Positions 12,555-25,245 of a DNA stretch of 64,000 nt are shown one piece after another (position 1 is the first letter of the stretch; the number at the start of each line of letters is the position of its first letter). The stretch is from Rhina ancylostomus (Eukaryota): positions 13,488,084 through 13,552,083 of the forward strand of contig JARFYF010000046.1 in NCBI GenBank assembly GCA_030265395.1. Reading direction: 5' to 3'. The notes beneath the pieces are model-generated. The model did not search any database and was not told the DNA's origin. It saw only the letters and a list, made by a program, of their open reading frames with translations. The translations under genes and the position numbers were made by a program.

Positions 12555-14065
12555 GAGCTCAATGCCTTTTTATGCATGCTTTGAAAGAGACCCTGTGATC
12601 TGTTTGAAGGTGAACCCTCTTGAAGGATAGGTGAACCATCATTGTCAGGCTGTGATAATGTACCTGGCTTGGTAGTGAAGACCTGTGCTGACCAACTGGC
12701 TGGAGTTTTCAGGGACATCTTCAACCCCTCACTGCTGCAGTCTGAGGTTCCCACCTGCTTCAAAAGAGCAGTAATCATTCTGATGCCCAAGAAGAGCAGG
12801 GTGAGCTGCCTCTCTGACTATTGCCCAGTAGCACTCACATTGACTGTGAAGTGCTTTGAGAAGTTGGTTATGGCTAGAAATAACTCCTGCCTGAGCAAGG
12901 ACCTAGACCTGCTGCAATTCATCTACCACTACAATAGGTCTACAGCAGACACAATCTCACTGGCTCTCTACTCTGCTTTGGAGCACTGAGACTACTGGCT
13001 ACTGTTTATCGATTACAGCTTGGCGTTCAACACCATCATTCCTTTATACAAATAATCAGGCTTTGAAACTTGGGCCTCTATACCTCCCTCTGCAACTGGA
13101 TCCTTGACTTCCTTAGTGTGAGACCACAGTCAGTGTGGATCGGTAATAACATCTCACTGACTATCAATGTAGATGCACTTCAAAAATGTATGCTTAGCCC
13201 ACCATTTTACTCTCGACACTCATGACTGTGTGGCTAAGCACAGCTCACACACTGTCTGTAGACTTACAGATGACACTGTTATTTGTAGAATCTCAGATGG
13301 CGATGAGGAGGCTTACAGGAGTGAGATAGATCAGCTAGTTGAGTGGTGTCACAATAACAGCCTCTTGATGTCAGCAAGACCAAGTGACTGATTGTGGACT
13401 TCAGAGAGGAGAATTTGGGAGAGAACACACCAGTCCTCATTGAGGGGTCAACGGTGGAAAGGGTGAGTCGCTTCAAGCCTCCTGGGTGTCATCTCAGAGG
13501 ATCTATTCTGGGCCCCAACACAGAAAGAAGTCATAAAGAAGGCATGCCAGCAGCTCTATTTTGTTAGGAGTTTGAGGAGGTTTGGTACGTCACCAAAGAT
13601 TCTTGCAAGTTTCTGTAGATGTACAGTGAAGAACATTGTGACTGTTTGTATCACAGCCTGGAATGGAGCCTCCAATGCACAGGATTGCAAGAGGCTGCAG
13701 AGGGCTGTAGACTCAGCCAGCTCCATCATGGGCACAACCCTCCCTACCATAACGGACATCTTCAAGAGGTGTGGTGCCTCGAAGACGGCATCCATCATTA
13801 AGGACCCTCACCATCTGGGACATGCCCCCTTCTCATTACTACCATTGGGGAGGAGGTACAGGAGCCTGAAGACTCTCTCTAAATGATTCAGGAATAACTT
13901 CTTCCCCTCCTCCATCAGAATTCTGAATGGTCCAAGAACACTACCTCATTATTCCTTTCTTTTTGTGCTATTTATTTTTGTAATGTATAGATTTTTATCT
14001 TTTCACTACTGCTGCTCAAAACAACAAATTTAATGTCATGTCAGTGATAATTAATCTGATTCTGA
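12555..14065 (+). mobile_element. Rex1/Babar-clade non-LTR retrotransposon, 5'-truncated and decayed (RT, C-terminus, 3' UTR)
   Basis: ELNAFYxxFE; VPGLVVKTCADQLAGVFRDIFN..EVPTCFKR..PKKSRVSCLSDYCPVALT; a decayed FADDT (LTDDT..ISDGDEEAYRSEIDQLVEWC); SIIKDPHHLGHAPFSLLPLGRRYRSLKT; tail ...ttaatctgattctga. Stops and frameshifts throughout. Confidence 0.9.
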
Positions 14066-14799
14066 AGTTTGTTGCCTCTGTTGTGGTTGAGTTTCATCAG
14101 TTGTTAATGAATAAGATCTGACTATAGAATTACTGAAGCAATATCCATTTTTTTTATGCATGGGCACTAAACAACTTTGACGTGAAGAGAAGAAAGATGA
14201 CCAAAAGCTTGATTGTTAGATATTTCATCGGACTAAATAGAATAAACATTGCTGTTTTGGACAGGGTAGAGCCAAGTAGTGGGTCCTGGGGAGATTGCTG
14301 TTAATAGTCAGGGATGGAGGTATCATGCCTGCATTGGCGTTGCTTACATTGATTAGGATATGAGCATTGTGTAGATGTGGATAAAATGAAATCGTAAAGA
14401 ACGAATTGTAGGATTTTTCAGCTCTGTTGGAAAGGAATGAGACCATTGACAAGGGAATTAGTTTCTGTTTTTAGAAGGAAATTGAGTCTTCTCAAAAGTA
14501 GTCTGGTAATGGCAATAGAATGACAAGTTCTTTAAGATAGTTGGGTAATGTTAATAAATTCTGTCTGTTCTCAATCTTGTATGTTATTGTGGGCCATGTT
14601 AAAGGCTATGTTAGGTAGGCAGCATCAACGCAGTTTACTTCACATGTATCCATTCNNNNNNNNNATGTATTGTCAGTTAGCTGACATTTGTGTAAAACAA
14701 ATTGGTATTTTGTAATAACTCATTTACTGTTAGACATCTACCAAGCACATTTTATATAAGCTAAGTGTCACATGTATCTTTGTACATATTCGGTCACAG

Positions 14800-15230
14800 G
14801 TTGAGACCATGACCAACAGTCTTCAAATCATCCACAAGAAATTTGACATATCCAGCCACACCCAAACTGATTGGAGGTTGGGTACCACGAGCTTAGTAAC
14901 TCGCTGACTCCTTTCCTGAACCCTTTCCACCATCTACAGTGATCCAAGTGTGATGTAATATTTTCTATTTAGTAAGATTTTTGTCTTACGAAATAGAAAA
15001 GTACTAAGTAGAAAGTTTAATAAATAGAAAATAGTAAATCTTGCTAAATGAAAGTTTTTGCCATCCACAGCAAAGTAACTTAATTGCCACTCTGTCCCTT
15101 GTTAGAATTCTCTTTCTCCACAGCAGGCATGCAGAATGCACTATCTATAAAATGTACTGTAGGAATTTGTCTCTGAAGCCCCTCTTCTAGTTGCACGCTA
15201 TTTGGACCTGAAGAACTGGGTTTAAATATT
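14800..15230 (+). mobile_element. Degenerate CR1-group LINE 3' fragment (probably the family of 41680-44370)
   Basis: ggaggttgggtacc...agtaactcgctgactcc...ccaccatctaca...gtgtgatg resembles the 3' part of that LINE family. Confidence 0.4.
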
Positions 15231-16129
15231 GTAACTGTGTGCATAACAACACTGTGTTGCGGCAGTTTAAGAAGCTATCCCATTGCTATTGTCTTGGGCA
15301 ATTAAGAATGGCTGATAAATGCTAACCTTACCGCTGCATCCCACAAATCAAAAGCTGAAAAAAACTGAACCAGAATTTTACTTGAAGCAATGTGCTCGTA
15401 ACAGTTGAAAGTACGAAAGACACTGAAACGCTCTCTCAGCATCGATGTCTGTTTTGACCAGTTGTTTTCAAAGTGGAGTTGTGACCTTTGGGTGGATTGA
15501 GGGATGTTTAAAAAATGGGTTACCAAAATTAATTTTACTTACAACTCAACCCCACAGATTTGAAACAGGGCTGCCTGCTGTGTAACGTATTATCTGCTGC
15601 TCTTATGGAGAGCAGTGTTCGTTGACACAGCTACAACTTGTCATTTCAAAACTAATCTCTGCTTCTGAGCAGGTCCTCGATTATATCAATGGTTTGATTG
15701 AACTTGCTATCATAGTTGGCTGGTTATTAACATATCGTTTGACTGTTTTGTTTCTGGTGGGTCACCTGGGGGGGGGGAAGTTTGAAAATAACTGATCTCG
15801 ACTATTTTGCTATATATTCAATAGCAGTTCTGGATTTTTGAAGTGAGTGGGCAACTGTTGAGCTAAAATGCGTACATGACAAAGTAAACGAAAGAGGTGA
15901 ATCATTGTATCTTCATGCAAATCTTTTTCTCTCATTCTGAACCTGAGCTGCATTATTTTTGTTCTGACAAAGAGAGACCACATTTTACAATCTGCAAAAA
16001 AGAACAGTTATTGTTTGCACTTAGTGAATTTGAAACCATCAATACCTTTGCCTGAGGTAGACAGATGGAGTGTAGTTGATGTAAAGGCCTCCCTTCCCCA
16101 ACCCCATCCTCCCGCTGCCCATTAATATT

Positions 16130-16530
16130 TGGTGACGAGGTTGGAAAAAGATGTGGAGGTGGTTAAGCTTTGCAAGGCCACATCTAAAGAGGGAGTTGTT
16201 GATATTGTGGGTCAGTTTGTACTAGGGTGATGATTAGGATGAATATGAGGGCATCCATACTGAGGTCATCAATGAAATTGCTGTTGCTAAAGAAATGGTC
16301 ACAACAGGAGCAAAGGAAGTGGAAGGGTCATGTTTTGGGAATGAAGTTTGAACATCTTGGTGAGGTTCAGATGATGACAACTTCAGCTGAAAGAAATGTA
16401 TATAAATCTTGATAAGAGAAAAGTGTGAGATGATGGCTGGGATACCGCAGATACTGGAAATCATAGGTTGGAAGAGATTTGCCAGCTGCTAACCATGTTT
16501 GTCAGTGTCAGGGTGTCAGCAGAGTTATTC
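16130..16530 (-). mobile_element. Degenerate L2-like LINE endonuclease fragment
   Basis: The minus strand has decayed TETWL-like (ctgacaaacatggtta) and SDH-like (tgtgaccatttc) motifs. Confidence 0.35.
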
Positions 16531-18395
16531 AGAATAAGGAAGTTAATGACACATACAAAGATTTCTGTATCTTGTATTTTGAATAGAAGCTCCTGGACAT
16601 TACATTTTTAACATGTGGTTTGTTCCACTTGCCAAGTATTTGAAGGAAAGCCATGGGACCTTATTCAAACCCATTGCTTCAGTGTGTCTCCTTTTAGTCA
16701 AAGGCAATAAATATTTGAGAATTTAAACAAGTGTTCTGCTGTGTGGTAGTGTATGCCCAATTTCCCCAGTGGTAATGTACACTTATTCTGTTTGGTTCAT
16801 TGATTTAGCAGCTAAGACTGACTAGGGATGTTGATAGATTTTGCTTCAGTCCTCTTGAGAAAGCTTAGGTGGGTGCTGAATCTCTTGTACTGTATTAGTA
16901 CACAACTTGTAAATATTTTTCACTTTCAACTGAGTGAAAAGGTTTTTAATTGTAAAAATTGTTTTATCTGGACCCTTGCAAATAGAAGAGATTGTAAAGT
17001 GCGGTTCAGTTAAGGACCTAAATCAAACTGTTCCTTTTTGTACAGATTGTAGAAATGTCTCTTTGTGTGCGGGCAGACAGAATAATGCGGCTTGGTTAGA
17101 ATGGGAGGAAAAATTTGCTGAATAGGCAGACAACTATGCAGTAATCTCATTCTAGAAAATGTTTTTAAAACAATAAGTGAATTAATGGCAAATTTTCCCT
17201 TTTATCAGTCACTGTTCTCTTTAGTCTAAAAAAAAACTAGGGGTTGGGTTATTGGTTAATTATAATGATGGATGCTGTAATTTTGGTATTTTTCCTTTTA
17301 AACATGCAAGTTACTGTGTGACTGGAACAAAGATGCACAAGGGATTTTTTTTTCCCTTGGGGGAATGATCATTTGCTTTCTTTTGCTTCAAATTTTTTCA
17401 GGTTTCAAATTAGACTTTTACAATTTAGGCTGATTAGAAGTGTTCTGTGGATTAATCAAATAACAATTGGAGTTTAGTAGATAGCTTTGCAGAAGGAAGT
17501 GAATCTATCTTTTGCATCTATTAGCTTAGAAAAAGAAAACTATTTTAGATGTGTACTCTGGCTTTCATTCGAAGTCCAAAAATGGACAATTCTGTAAACT
17601 TTGTAGATTTCATATTTGCTGAAAATATAATGCTGAATATCAATGACACGTCCCCAAAAACTCTTATGGCAAAATTCACTCCAGAGCGTATTTCCCCTCT
17701 CAGATACAATCCTTATTTTAATATTTGACTGGTAATGTGATCTCAGTCTTCAGTCGAAGTGAAATTAATGGTGTTTATTGGAATTTCAAATCTGTTTGTC
17801 TGCTACCAAGAAATGTCAATGAATTCTTTTTCAAAGCCAAGCAAAATAAGTCCTCTTGGCCTGAAATGTATTGTTTGATTAAAATTTTGAAATGCTAAGC
17901 AAATTTATTTAAGGTTGCTAAAACTATTAAATATACACTTCCACAGGTTTGGAAGTTGAAAGCTTGTGGGTAATGGTTACCTGGTGGATCTTCAAATATC
18001 CTTTCACACATAATCCAAGTCAGATCAGTGGTTTCAGGTTAGTCCAAAAAGACTTGGAGCAAGTAAATTGGTGGTGTGCTGGATCACATACTGAATTGGC
18101 AGCTAACTGCAGTATGCACATAAGCTCATTTTTGACCTGCACTAACACACTGGAGCATGAAGTTGCAGGACATACTGGAAATTGGATGCAGATGCTTTTG
18201 ATCTCTCGCTTCACCCCTGTAATTGCTATCAAGTCTGTGGCATTCTTAACTTGCTGAGCCAAGGGACTGTATATATTTCAAATCTGCTTTATGCCAGCTA
18301 TTGGAACAATTGGTGTGAACTCATTCATATAAATTCTTTTGTTAACCTTCACTTAAAAAGATAGATTAAGATAAATTGACTTTTTTCCACCTCTA

Positions 18396-18670
18396 CAGGT
18401 CCTCCCCAGGTTATGACAAGGTTTTATTCCTGAGAACTATTTGTATCCTGTAAATTGGAAATGCAGCCACCTGCAACCTAAGGCAAAGTATAGTTAACCC
18501 ACTACATTTAAGTTGACCATTCAGGTTCCCCTGTAAGATGTAATGTTGTTGTGAACCAAGTTTCCACATGGCAGAACATGCTTGCAGCACCAGCAAATCC
18601 ATCTTGCAGGTTTCCCAAACACTCTATGGGCCATCCTTAAGTCCAGTGTTTGTAAGTTGTGGAGGACCTG
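18396..18670. mobile_element. Tigger/pogo-like MITE, 275 bp
   Basis: TA|CAGGTCCTCC...GGAGGACCTG|TA: a perfect 10-bp terminal inverted repeat that extends imperfectly, with a TA target-site duplication on both sides. Confidence 0.85.
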
Positions 18671-18879
18671 TATTTTAATTTTTACCTTTTTTATTATTTC
18701 GACAAGCTTAATGTAAGTTTAAGTGATTTAAAACAAAATTAATTTTTAAAATCTTTTTCAATATACCGTAAATGTTCTATCAAAGACATTAGAAATGGTT
18801 TGAAATGGTTTTGGCAGTGAAAACCAGCTGTAACTCCAAAGCTTGAGCAGGATGGCAAGTGGGTGGGATCTTTTACTTT

Positions 18880-19110
18880 CCAGTCCTATGCACTATGCTT
18901 TGCAGAAGACAGCAGTGGTGATGTGAGTTGATGCTGGAATCCACACAGTCTCAAATGACAGCAGTGAGTATAAGGGTACTGCAAGGGTGGAAAGTTAGAT
19001 GTAAGCAAAGTGTAATGTGATGCAGACGATTATCTATCTGAGAATATTAAGAACAATGGTAAGAGATTTAAGAGGCACTGGTTGAACAAATTGTTGAACA
19101 GTGGCAGTAA
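18880..19110 (+). mobile_element. Old CR1 RT fragment
   Basis: tttgcagaagacagc (FAEDS, like FADDT) followed by aagtgtaatgtgatgca (KCNVM, like KCKVMH). Confidence 0.45.
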
Positions 19111-20427
19111 GTGTGAATTGTGCTCATAATCTGTATTATAAATGCATGACGATTGGATCTACTAATTTTGCCTTCATTCCACGTAAAATAGTGCAGTAGT
19201 TTATTCTGAATTAATTTGAGGATTATCTGTATGATTTACATAGGAATTAATGTGTTGCAAGGATAAAGATCTTTTAAAAACTATTTTCTTTGAACTGGAC
19301 TCTGGAAATCCTCTATGGCCTAGTGTACCACAGGCCTGCTTAATTCAGCTGAAGCTCTCACAACTGTGGCCCCAAATACAATTGATTGAACACACTGCAA
19401 CCTTTTGAACTAGCAATTCTAACATCTTTATTTATCAATAGTTACTGCAGTATATTTTTGTATATGGTGAAAATGAATAATTTCTAGATGATCCTGATGC
19501 TTCTGACTTTAGTCCAAGTGTAGAACAAATTACAATGTATTGTGGAAACCATTTGTTTCGTAATCAACCCAGCTCGACAGCTTGGTTGGTGATTATTGAC
19601 CACTGCGTATTTGTCCCTTCAAAAATAGCTTGCTGGCTGTAAAGCAGTATGGAATAACTGGATAATGAGGATATTGCTACATCAATGTAGCACATCTTGA
19701 AAATTTCCAGCTCTTTTCCAGCATCTTACCTTTACTTGCTGTTCCTCCATTACCCTTTGTTCCTGAGGTTATTTTTGTGGAAGCTGGGCAATAGGACAGT
19801 TGTTTCAGTCAAATTTGAGTGAGTGGTTTTGTTGCATGATTTTGGTTTTCATTTTTAACTTGTATATATGTTAATCTAATTTTCATTTCTTATAACAGTT
19901 GCACGTGGATTGAGCCAGTTGATGTATATTGGTGATGTTGACAAGGTATAGCACTTACCATGATTTATTCTTATAAGGAAGAAGGATATTGAGATAAAAC
20001 TCCCTGAATACTTTCGAAGGTCAACCTAGATTGTGTCCAAAATCTTTTATTGAGGTTAGCCTTTGCTGCCTTGAACTTGAATTGTTATTAAATTCAAATA
20101 CCACCTGCTGGCCTTTTGTTTGGTGCTCGTGATGGCTCAACTGTTGGACACTTTCAGGCTCTGGATTCCAATTTCCAGTTGAACAGTTTCACCACTGTTG
20201 CCTTTGTTTCTCCAAATTGCTTCTCCCCCACCCTCAGCAACAACTGAACTAACAGTTGATTTGGTAGTTTTCTAGGGTCTTAATGTATGCATTTATAGAT
20301 ATATAAAAATGTGTTCCATCACGACTGGGCTGAAAATCTGAAACACACCAGATAAAGTCAGTCACTTCTATGTAACATCACTGACTTGGAAAAGATCTTG
20401 TCACAAGAAAGGCAGATTGGAAAGTAG

Positions 20428-21249
20428 TTGCTGCATGGAACTAATGGAAGTGCTAACGGAAGTAAGAATAGAAAGATCTGGCAGATGAATGTGTGGCTGA
20501 GTGACTGGTACAGGGGGCAGAGCTTCAAATTTCTGGATAATTGGGACCTTTCTTGTGAGAGGCATGACCTATCCACAAAGGATGGGTTACACCTGAACTC
20601 CAAGGGGTCCAATATCCTGGCGGGAATATTTAATTGAGCTGTTCAGGAGGGTTTAAACTAATCTGGCAGGGGGCTGGCAACCAGGATGTTAGGATACAGG
20701 AAGAGGTATATAGGAACAAGTCCAAGACAGTGTACAGTGAAGATGGTAAAAAGGACAGGCAGGTGAAAAGTCTGGATAATTTGCCAAACTATAGAAGTAC
20801 AACAAAATCGGTAGCAGATACTGGCCTAAATGTATCATATTTAAATGCACATAGCATCAGGAATAAAGTGGATGACCAAGTGGCACAACTTCAGATTAAA
20901 AAAATGACATTGTGGCAATCACCGAGTCATGGCTTTATGACGGATGTGATTGGGAACTGAAAGTCCAGGGATACACAGTGTATAGGAAAGATAGGTAGGC
21001 AGAGAGGGTGGTATGGCCCTGATGATTAGGAATGATATAAAATCAATAGAAAGGAAGGACGTTGGGTCAGAAGTGGAATCCTTATGGGTGGAGCTCAGAA
21101 ATGACNNNNNNNNNNNNNNNNNNNNNNNNNNNNNNNNNNNNNNNNNNNNNNNNNNNNNNNNNNNNNNNNNNNNNNNNNNNNNNNNNNNNNNNNNNNNNNN
21201 NNNNNCTTTGTGGGGTGAAGGGCCTGTATTGTGCTGTAGGTTTTCTATG
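20428..21249 (+). mobile_element. CR1 LINE: ORF1 esterase end, ORF2 endonuclease start, gap, 3' tail
   Basis: ORF1 SGNH-like ..MNVWLSDW..FLDNWD..DGLHLN; APE start SYLNAHSIRNK..QGYTVYRKDR..ESLWVEL; 100-N gap at 21106-21205; CR1 tail gaagggcctgtattgtgctgtaggttttctatg. Confidence 0.88.
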
Positions 21250-22079
21250 ATACAAGATTTATTAGTTACATATAAGTTGAAACACACAGTGAAATGCATA
21301 CTTGAGTTAAAAAATTGTGGTTTCAAATCCCCAAAGTCTTGAAGGCAAAAACTTTCAGTGTGGCCACAGTGCAGAACTGAAGGAGTGCAGTATTGTTTCA
21401 AAGGGCCAGAATGGGAAATGTTAGTTCAGAACAAGCGTGAAACAAAATAGAAAACATTTACTTCCAACATGTAGATTTGTCTCCTTACGGACTGAAAACA
21501 TAGAAGTTCTCATTTATTGTAAACACTTGTTGTCAACGTTCTGCATGTTTTAGGGATGTAATCATGCAGAACGATTAAGTATTGGATTTGCAGTTATTTC
21601 AGGTCAAGTAAATTTGGTCTATTCTGATTAAAATGCTGTTTGTGTATCAATGCAATTGTCTCAGACAAACTCTTTTGCATTAAATGCCAATTTCAATACA
21701 AATAAAATCCAGTGAAAATAACGGGTGAGAAAAGGCAAGGTAGATGGCACAAGTCATTAGGATAAACTGCTGCAACTGAGGGACCAAATGGATTAAGGAG
21801 TTAGTTACATTTCTTTTTGAATTGAAAATTGATTGAGATCTGACTGAGTGGTGACAAAAAGGAAGACTGTTGCCCAGTGCAAATTTATCTAAAAGGGTCA
21901 GTTTAGAGGGACAGAATGGGGAATAAATGCTTGGCTAAGAGACCATAACCAGAAGAAGAGAGACCAGCCTTAAACTGGATTTTGGGTCTGTGAAAATCAG
22001 TTGCAATTTCACAATTCCACCATTGGTCCAATTGAAGTACAGAATTAATGGACCACTTGACTCAACGGCAGTCCCTGGA

Positions 22080-22487
22080 TGGAGCATTTATCATCAAAGA
22101 TCCCCACCATCCGGGCCATGCCATCTTCTCGCAGCTCCCATCGGGCAGGAGGTACAGAAGCCTGAAGTCCCACACCACCAGGTTCAGGAACAGCTACTTC
22201 CCTTCAATCATTCAGTTCTTGAATCAACCAGCAAAAACCTAATCACTACACTTTAGCTACACTATGACCACTTTGATCACCTTGTACTAAAATTGACTTC
22301 TATTTTTGTTCTAATTGTATTCTTTCTTGTAAAAATTGTGTATGGTATATGTTTAGTTTATGTTTTTCTTGTGAATGCTGCTTATATGATGCTATGTCCC
22401 TGTGAAAGTACATCTATGTACAAGTGCACTTAAGTCTGCGCATACATGTACTTGTGTATATGACTATAAACTCGACTTTGACTTTGA
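22080..22487 (+). mobile_element. Rex1/Babar 3' fragment
   Basis: IIKDPHHPGHAIFSQLPSGRRYRSLKSHTTRFRNSYFP followed by a T-rich 3' UTR ending in a gacttt repeat tail. Confidence 0.85.
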
Positions 22488-23159
22488 GATGTGGAGCTCT
22501 AGTCACAATGAAGGTAGGAAGTAACACTAAGATCCAGTGAAGCCACACTCCTCTGAGTTAACTACTGTTACTCAGTAACTGCTTAGTGACTCTAAAGCCC
22601 TTCAATTTAAAGCCCTGCTGGGTGAAAATTTCCCATTTTAGATGGCCTCCAAAGTTGTCTGAAAAATTGTTCAACTCAATATCAGATCAAACATCTATCA
22701 GTTGTTCTTTGCTGAAGGATAAGTTCTCAGTACCTGGAACTTATTCATCCAACACAACCTGCCAAACTTCTACCCAATGACTTAGTCTTAAGCTTCAATT
22801 AAAATGGAATTGATGTTTCACTTCTCACCAGGGTGCATTCCTAAAATCCTCTCATCTGCACTTAGAAACCATTGTGTACACTACAAATATCACAATTCTG
22901 GATATAGATTCATTCTAAATCCTACAAATGTAATCCACTGAATTCTTCAAAATCTCAAGAATCGTTTATTGCGCAAAATCAAGAGTCAACATAACATTTG
23001 ACATTTTAAAATATTAAAATCCTCTAACATTCAATTCTATGCAGATTATTAAAATTTGGTAAAGTATTATAAAGGCTCTGTTTGCAAATCCTTCATTATC
23101 CTGACTCACATTTGTAGCAATAACAGGTACAGCATTACATTAAAAAAAAGCTTAGGGAG

Positions 23160-23515
23160 CATAGTCATTGAGTTATACAGCACGGAAACAGGCCCTTTGG
23201 CCCAACTTGTCCATGTTGACAAAGGTGCCTGGCTAAGCTGTTCCCATTTGTCTGTGTTTGACCCATATCCCTCTAAACCTTTCCAATCCATGTACCTGTC
23301 CAAATATCTAATGACCTTTGTAATTGTGCCTGCCTCTACCACTTCTTCTGTTTGTTCATTCTGTATACCATCCTCTGTAAAAACTTTCCTCTCAAATCTC
23401 ATTTAAACCTTTCCCCTCTCATCTTAAATCTATGCCCTCTAGTTTTCAACTCTCCTACCCCGGGAAAAAGACTATGATTATCTACCTTATCTATGCCCCT
23501 CATGATTTGATAAAC
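23160..23515 (-). mobile_element. CR1 (HER1-like) 3' end
   Basis: The minus strand reads EEVVEAGTIT..YLDRYMD..GLEGYG and ends in the tail ggccaaagggcctgtttccgtgctgtataactc. Confidence 0.85.
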
Positions 23516-23969
23516 AATTTAACCTTGAGCTGGGCATTCCACATTATCTGAGTCAGTAACTTTTTTCAGTGTATAACTGAGTAATTTCCACCATTCATTC
23601 AAACTTAGCAGATACAGACAGATAACTGATAGATAATTGTGTCTAACGTTTATCCGTTGGTGATCTGCTGGTAGTACAGAGAGTGAATTGACTGTTGGGT
23701 ATTAGGGAAATGAAATGTCACTTGTTGCTTTCAGGATGAAAACTTGCAATGATGTAATATATGATTCAGGAACCAACGCTGGAATAAATAGCTCAATATT
23801 CAATTCTATCACCCTATTTTCCTTCTGAAAATTATAAATGCTCTTTCCTATGGAAAGTTTTGTAATGTTCTTTTCACTCACTCAGATCTTCTGTTTAATG
23901 TCATTTGCACCAATGTGATGCAAAGTTTCTGTGGAAGCAGAAGTAATAAATCAAGCTGCTGAATGCTTC

Positions 23970-24057
23970 TGTTGAAGGATCTCTGCCCTTAAACATTAAC
24001 TCTGTTTCTCCTTCCATAGTGCTGGCTGATCTGCTGAATGGTTCCAGCATCTTCTGC
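23970..24057 (+). repeat. Penelope-like repeat half-copy abutting a CR1 insertion
   Basis: tgaaggatctctgcccttaaacattaactctgtttctc...tgctggctgatctgctgaatggttccagcatcttctg. Confidence 0.6.
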
Positions 24058-24520
24058 ATTCAGAGAAGACTTATGAGGATGATTCGTGGAATGAAAGGGC
24101 TTACATACGATGAGCGATTGTCGTCTCTTGGACTGTACTCATTGGAGTACAGAAGAATGAGAGGGGACCTCATAGAAACATTTAGAATGTTGAAAGGATT
24201 GGACAGAGTAGATGTGGCTAAGCTGTTTCCCTTGGTGGGTGAGTCCAGGACCAGAGGGCACAATCTTAGAATTAGAGGGTACTGGTTTAAAAAAAATGAA
24301 GAGAAATATCTTCAGCCGGAGGGTAGTGAAATTATGGAATTCTTTGCCACGTGCAGTTGTGGAGGCCCGATCACTGGAGGCATTTGAGATAGATAGGTAT
24401 CTAATTAGTCAAGGTATCAAACGATATGGGGATAAGGCTGGAAATTGGGGCTAGATAAGAATAGTATTTTTCATGGAGCAGACTTGATGGGCTGAATGGC
24501 CTACTTCTGCTCCCTTGTGA
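24058..24520 (+). mobile_element. CR1 3' fragment, relatively young
   Basis: QRRLMRMIRGMKGLTYDERLSSLGLYSLEYRRMRGDLIETFRML..TRGH..FSRRVVKLWNSLP..VVEA; tail gatgggctgaatggcctacttctgctcc. Confidence 0.92.
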
Positions 24521-24929
24521 TCCACTTTTCTGTTCACCACTTTCATTTGTGACCTTGGCATCAAAGATTTGAAGCAGCAAAACAAAAATTGTGACTTTCT
24601 GCAATTGAAACTGCAGTCCACTGCACTCTGCTGGCAAAGCTTGTATCACTGAGACTGGTTTTGAAATCTCATATATAAAAAAATATAGCATTTTAAGCAG
24701 TGTAAATAGAAGTATTAAATTACAAACATAAAAATAGATTGAATGAGTTGGCAAGACTTGCAAATGGATAAATTTGTTTTTCTGATGTCTCTTGAAAAGT
24801 GCTTTTCAAATGAAAAACTGGAAGCAGTGAAGACTTGATTTGTGAGGTGGGAACAGAAGAGTAGTGTTGGTGGTGATGGCCATTGATGTGACATTTTAAT
24901 GAACTTGATACAGACAAAGGGACAAAATG

Positions 24930-25245
24930 GGAATGCTTGCCTTTTATATTCCTATTTTATCAGAGCTTTTACTATAGCTGTACAAGCTATGGTTACATCA
25001 CATCACCACTAAGACTGCAATGACCTTTGAAGGAGTGCAGTGGAGATTTCCTGAAACGGTAGCTGGACTCAAAATAGAGACGGCAAAAAAAACAAGATTT
25101 TGTATTCTGGCTTTCAGAAGATGTAAGGGTGATTTAAATGAAGTTTAAGATACTAAGGGGAACCCATGGGTTTCAAATTGAAAACAGTTTCCTTGTTGAG
25201 GAGGCTAACGTGAGGGAGCAAAGGGCAGTTCATAGGTAAGGCCAT
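24930..25245 (+). mobile_element. Old CR1 fragment
   Basis: ttgaaggagtgcagtggagattt (like LEGVQRRF) and agggtgatttaaatgaagtt (like RGDLIEV). Confidence 0.5.
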
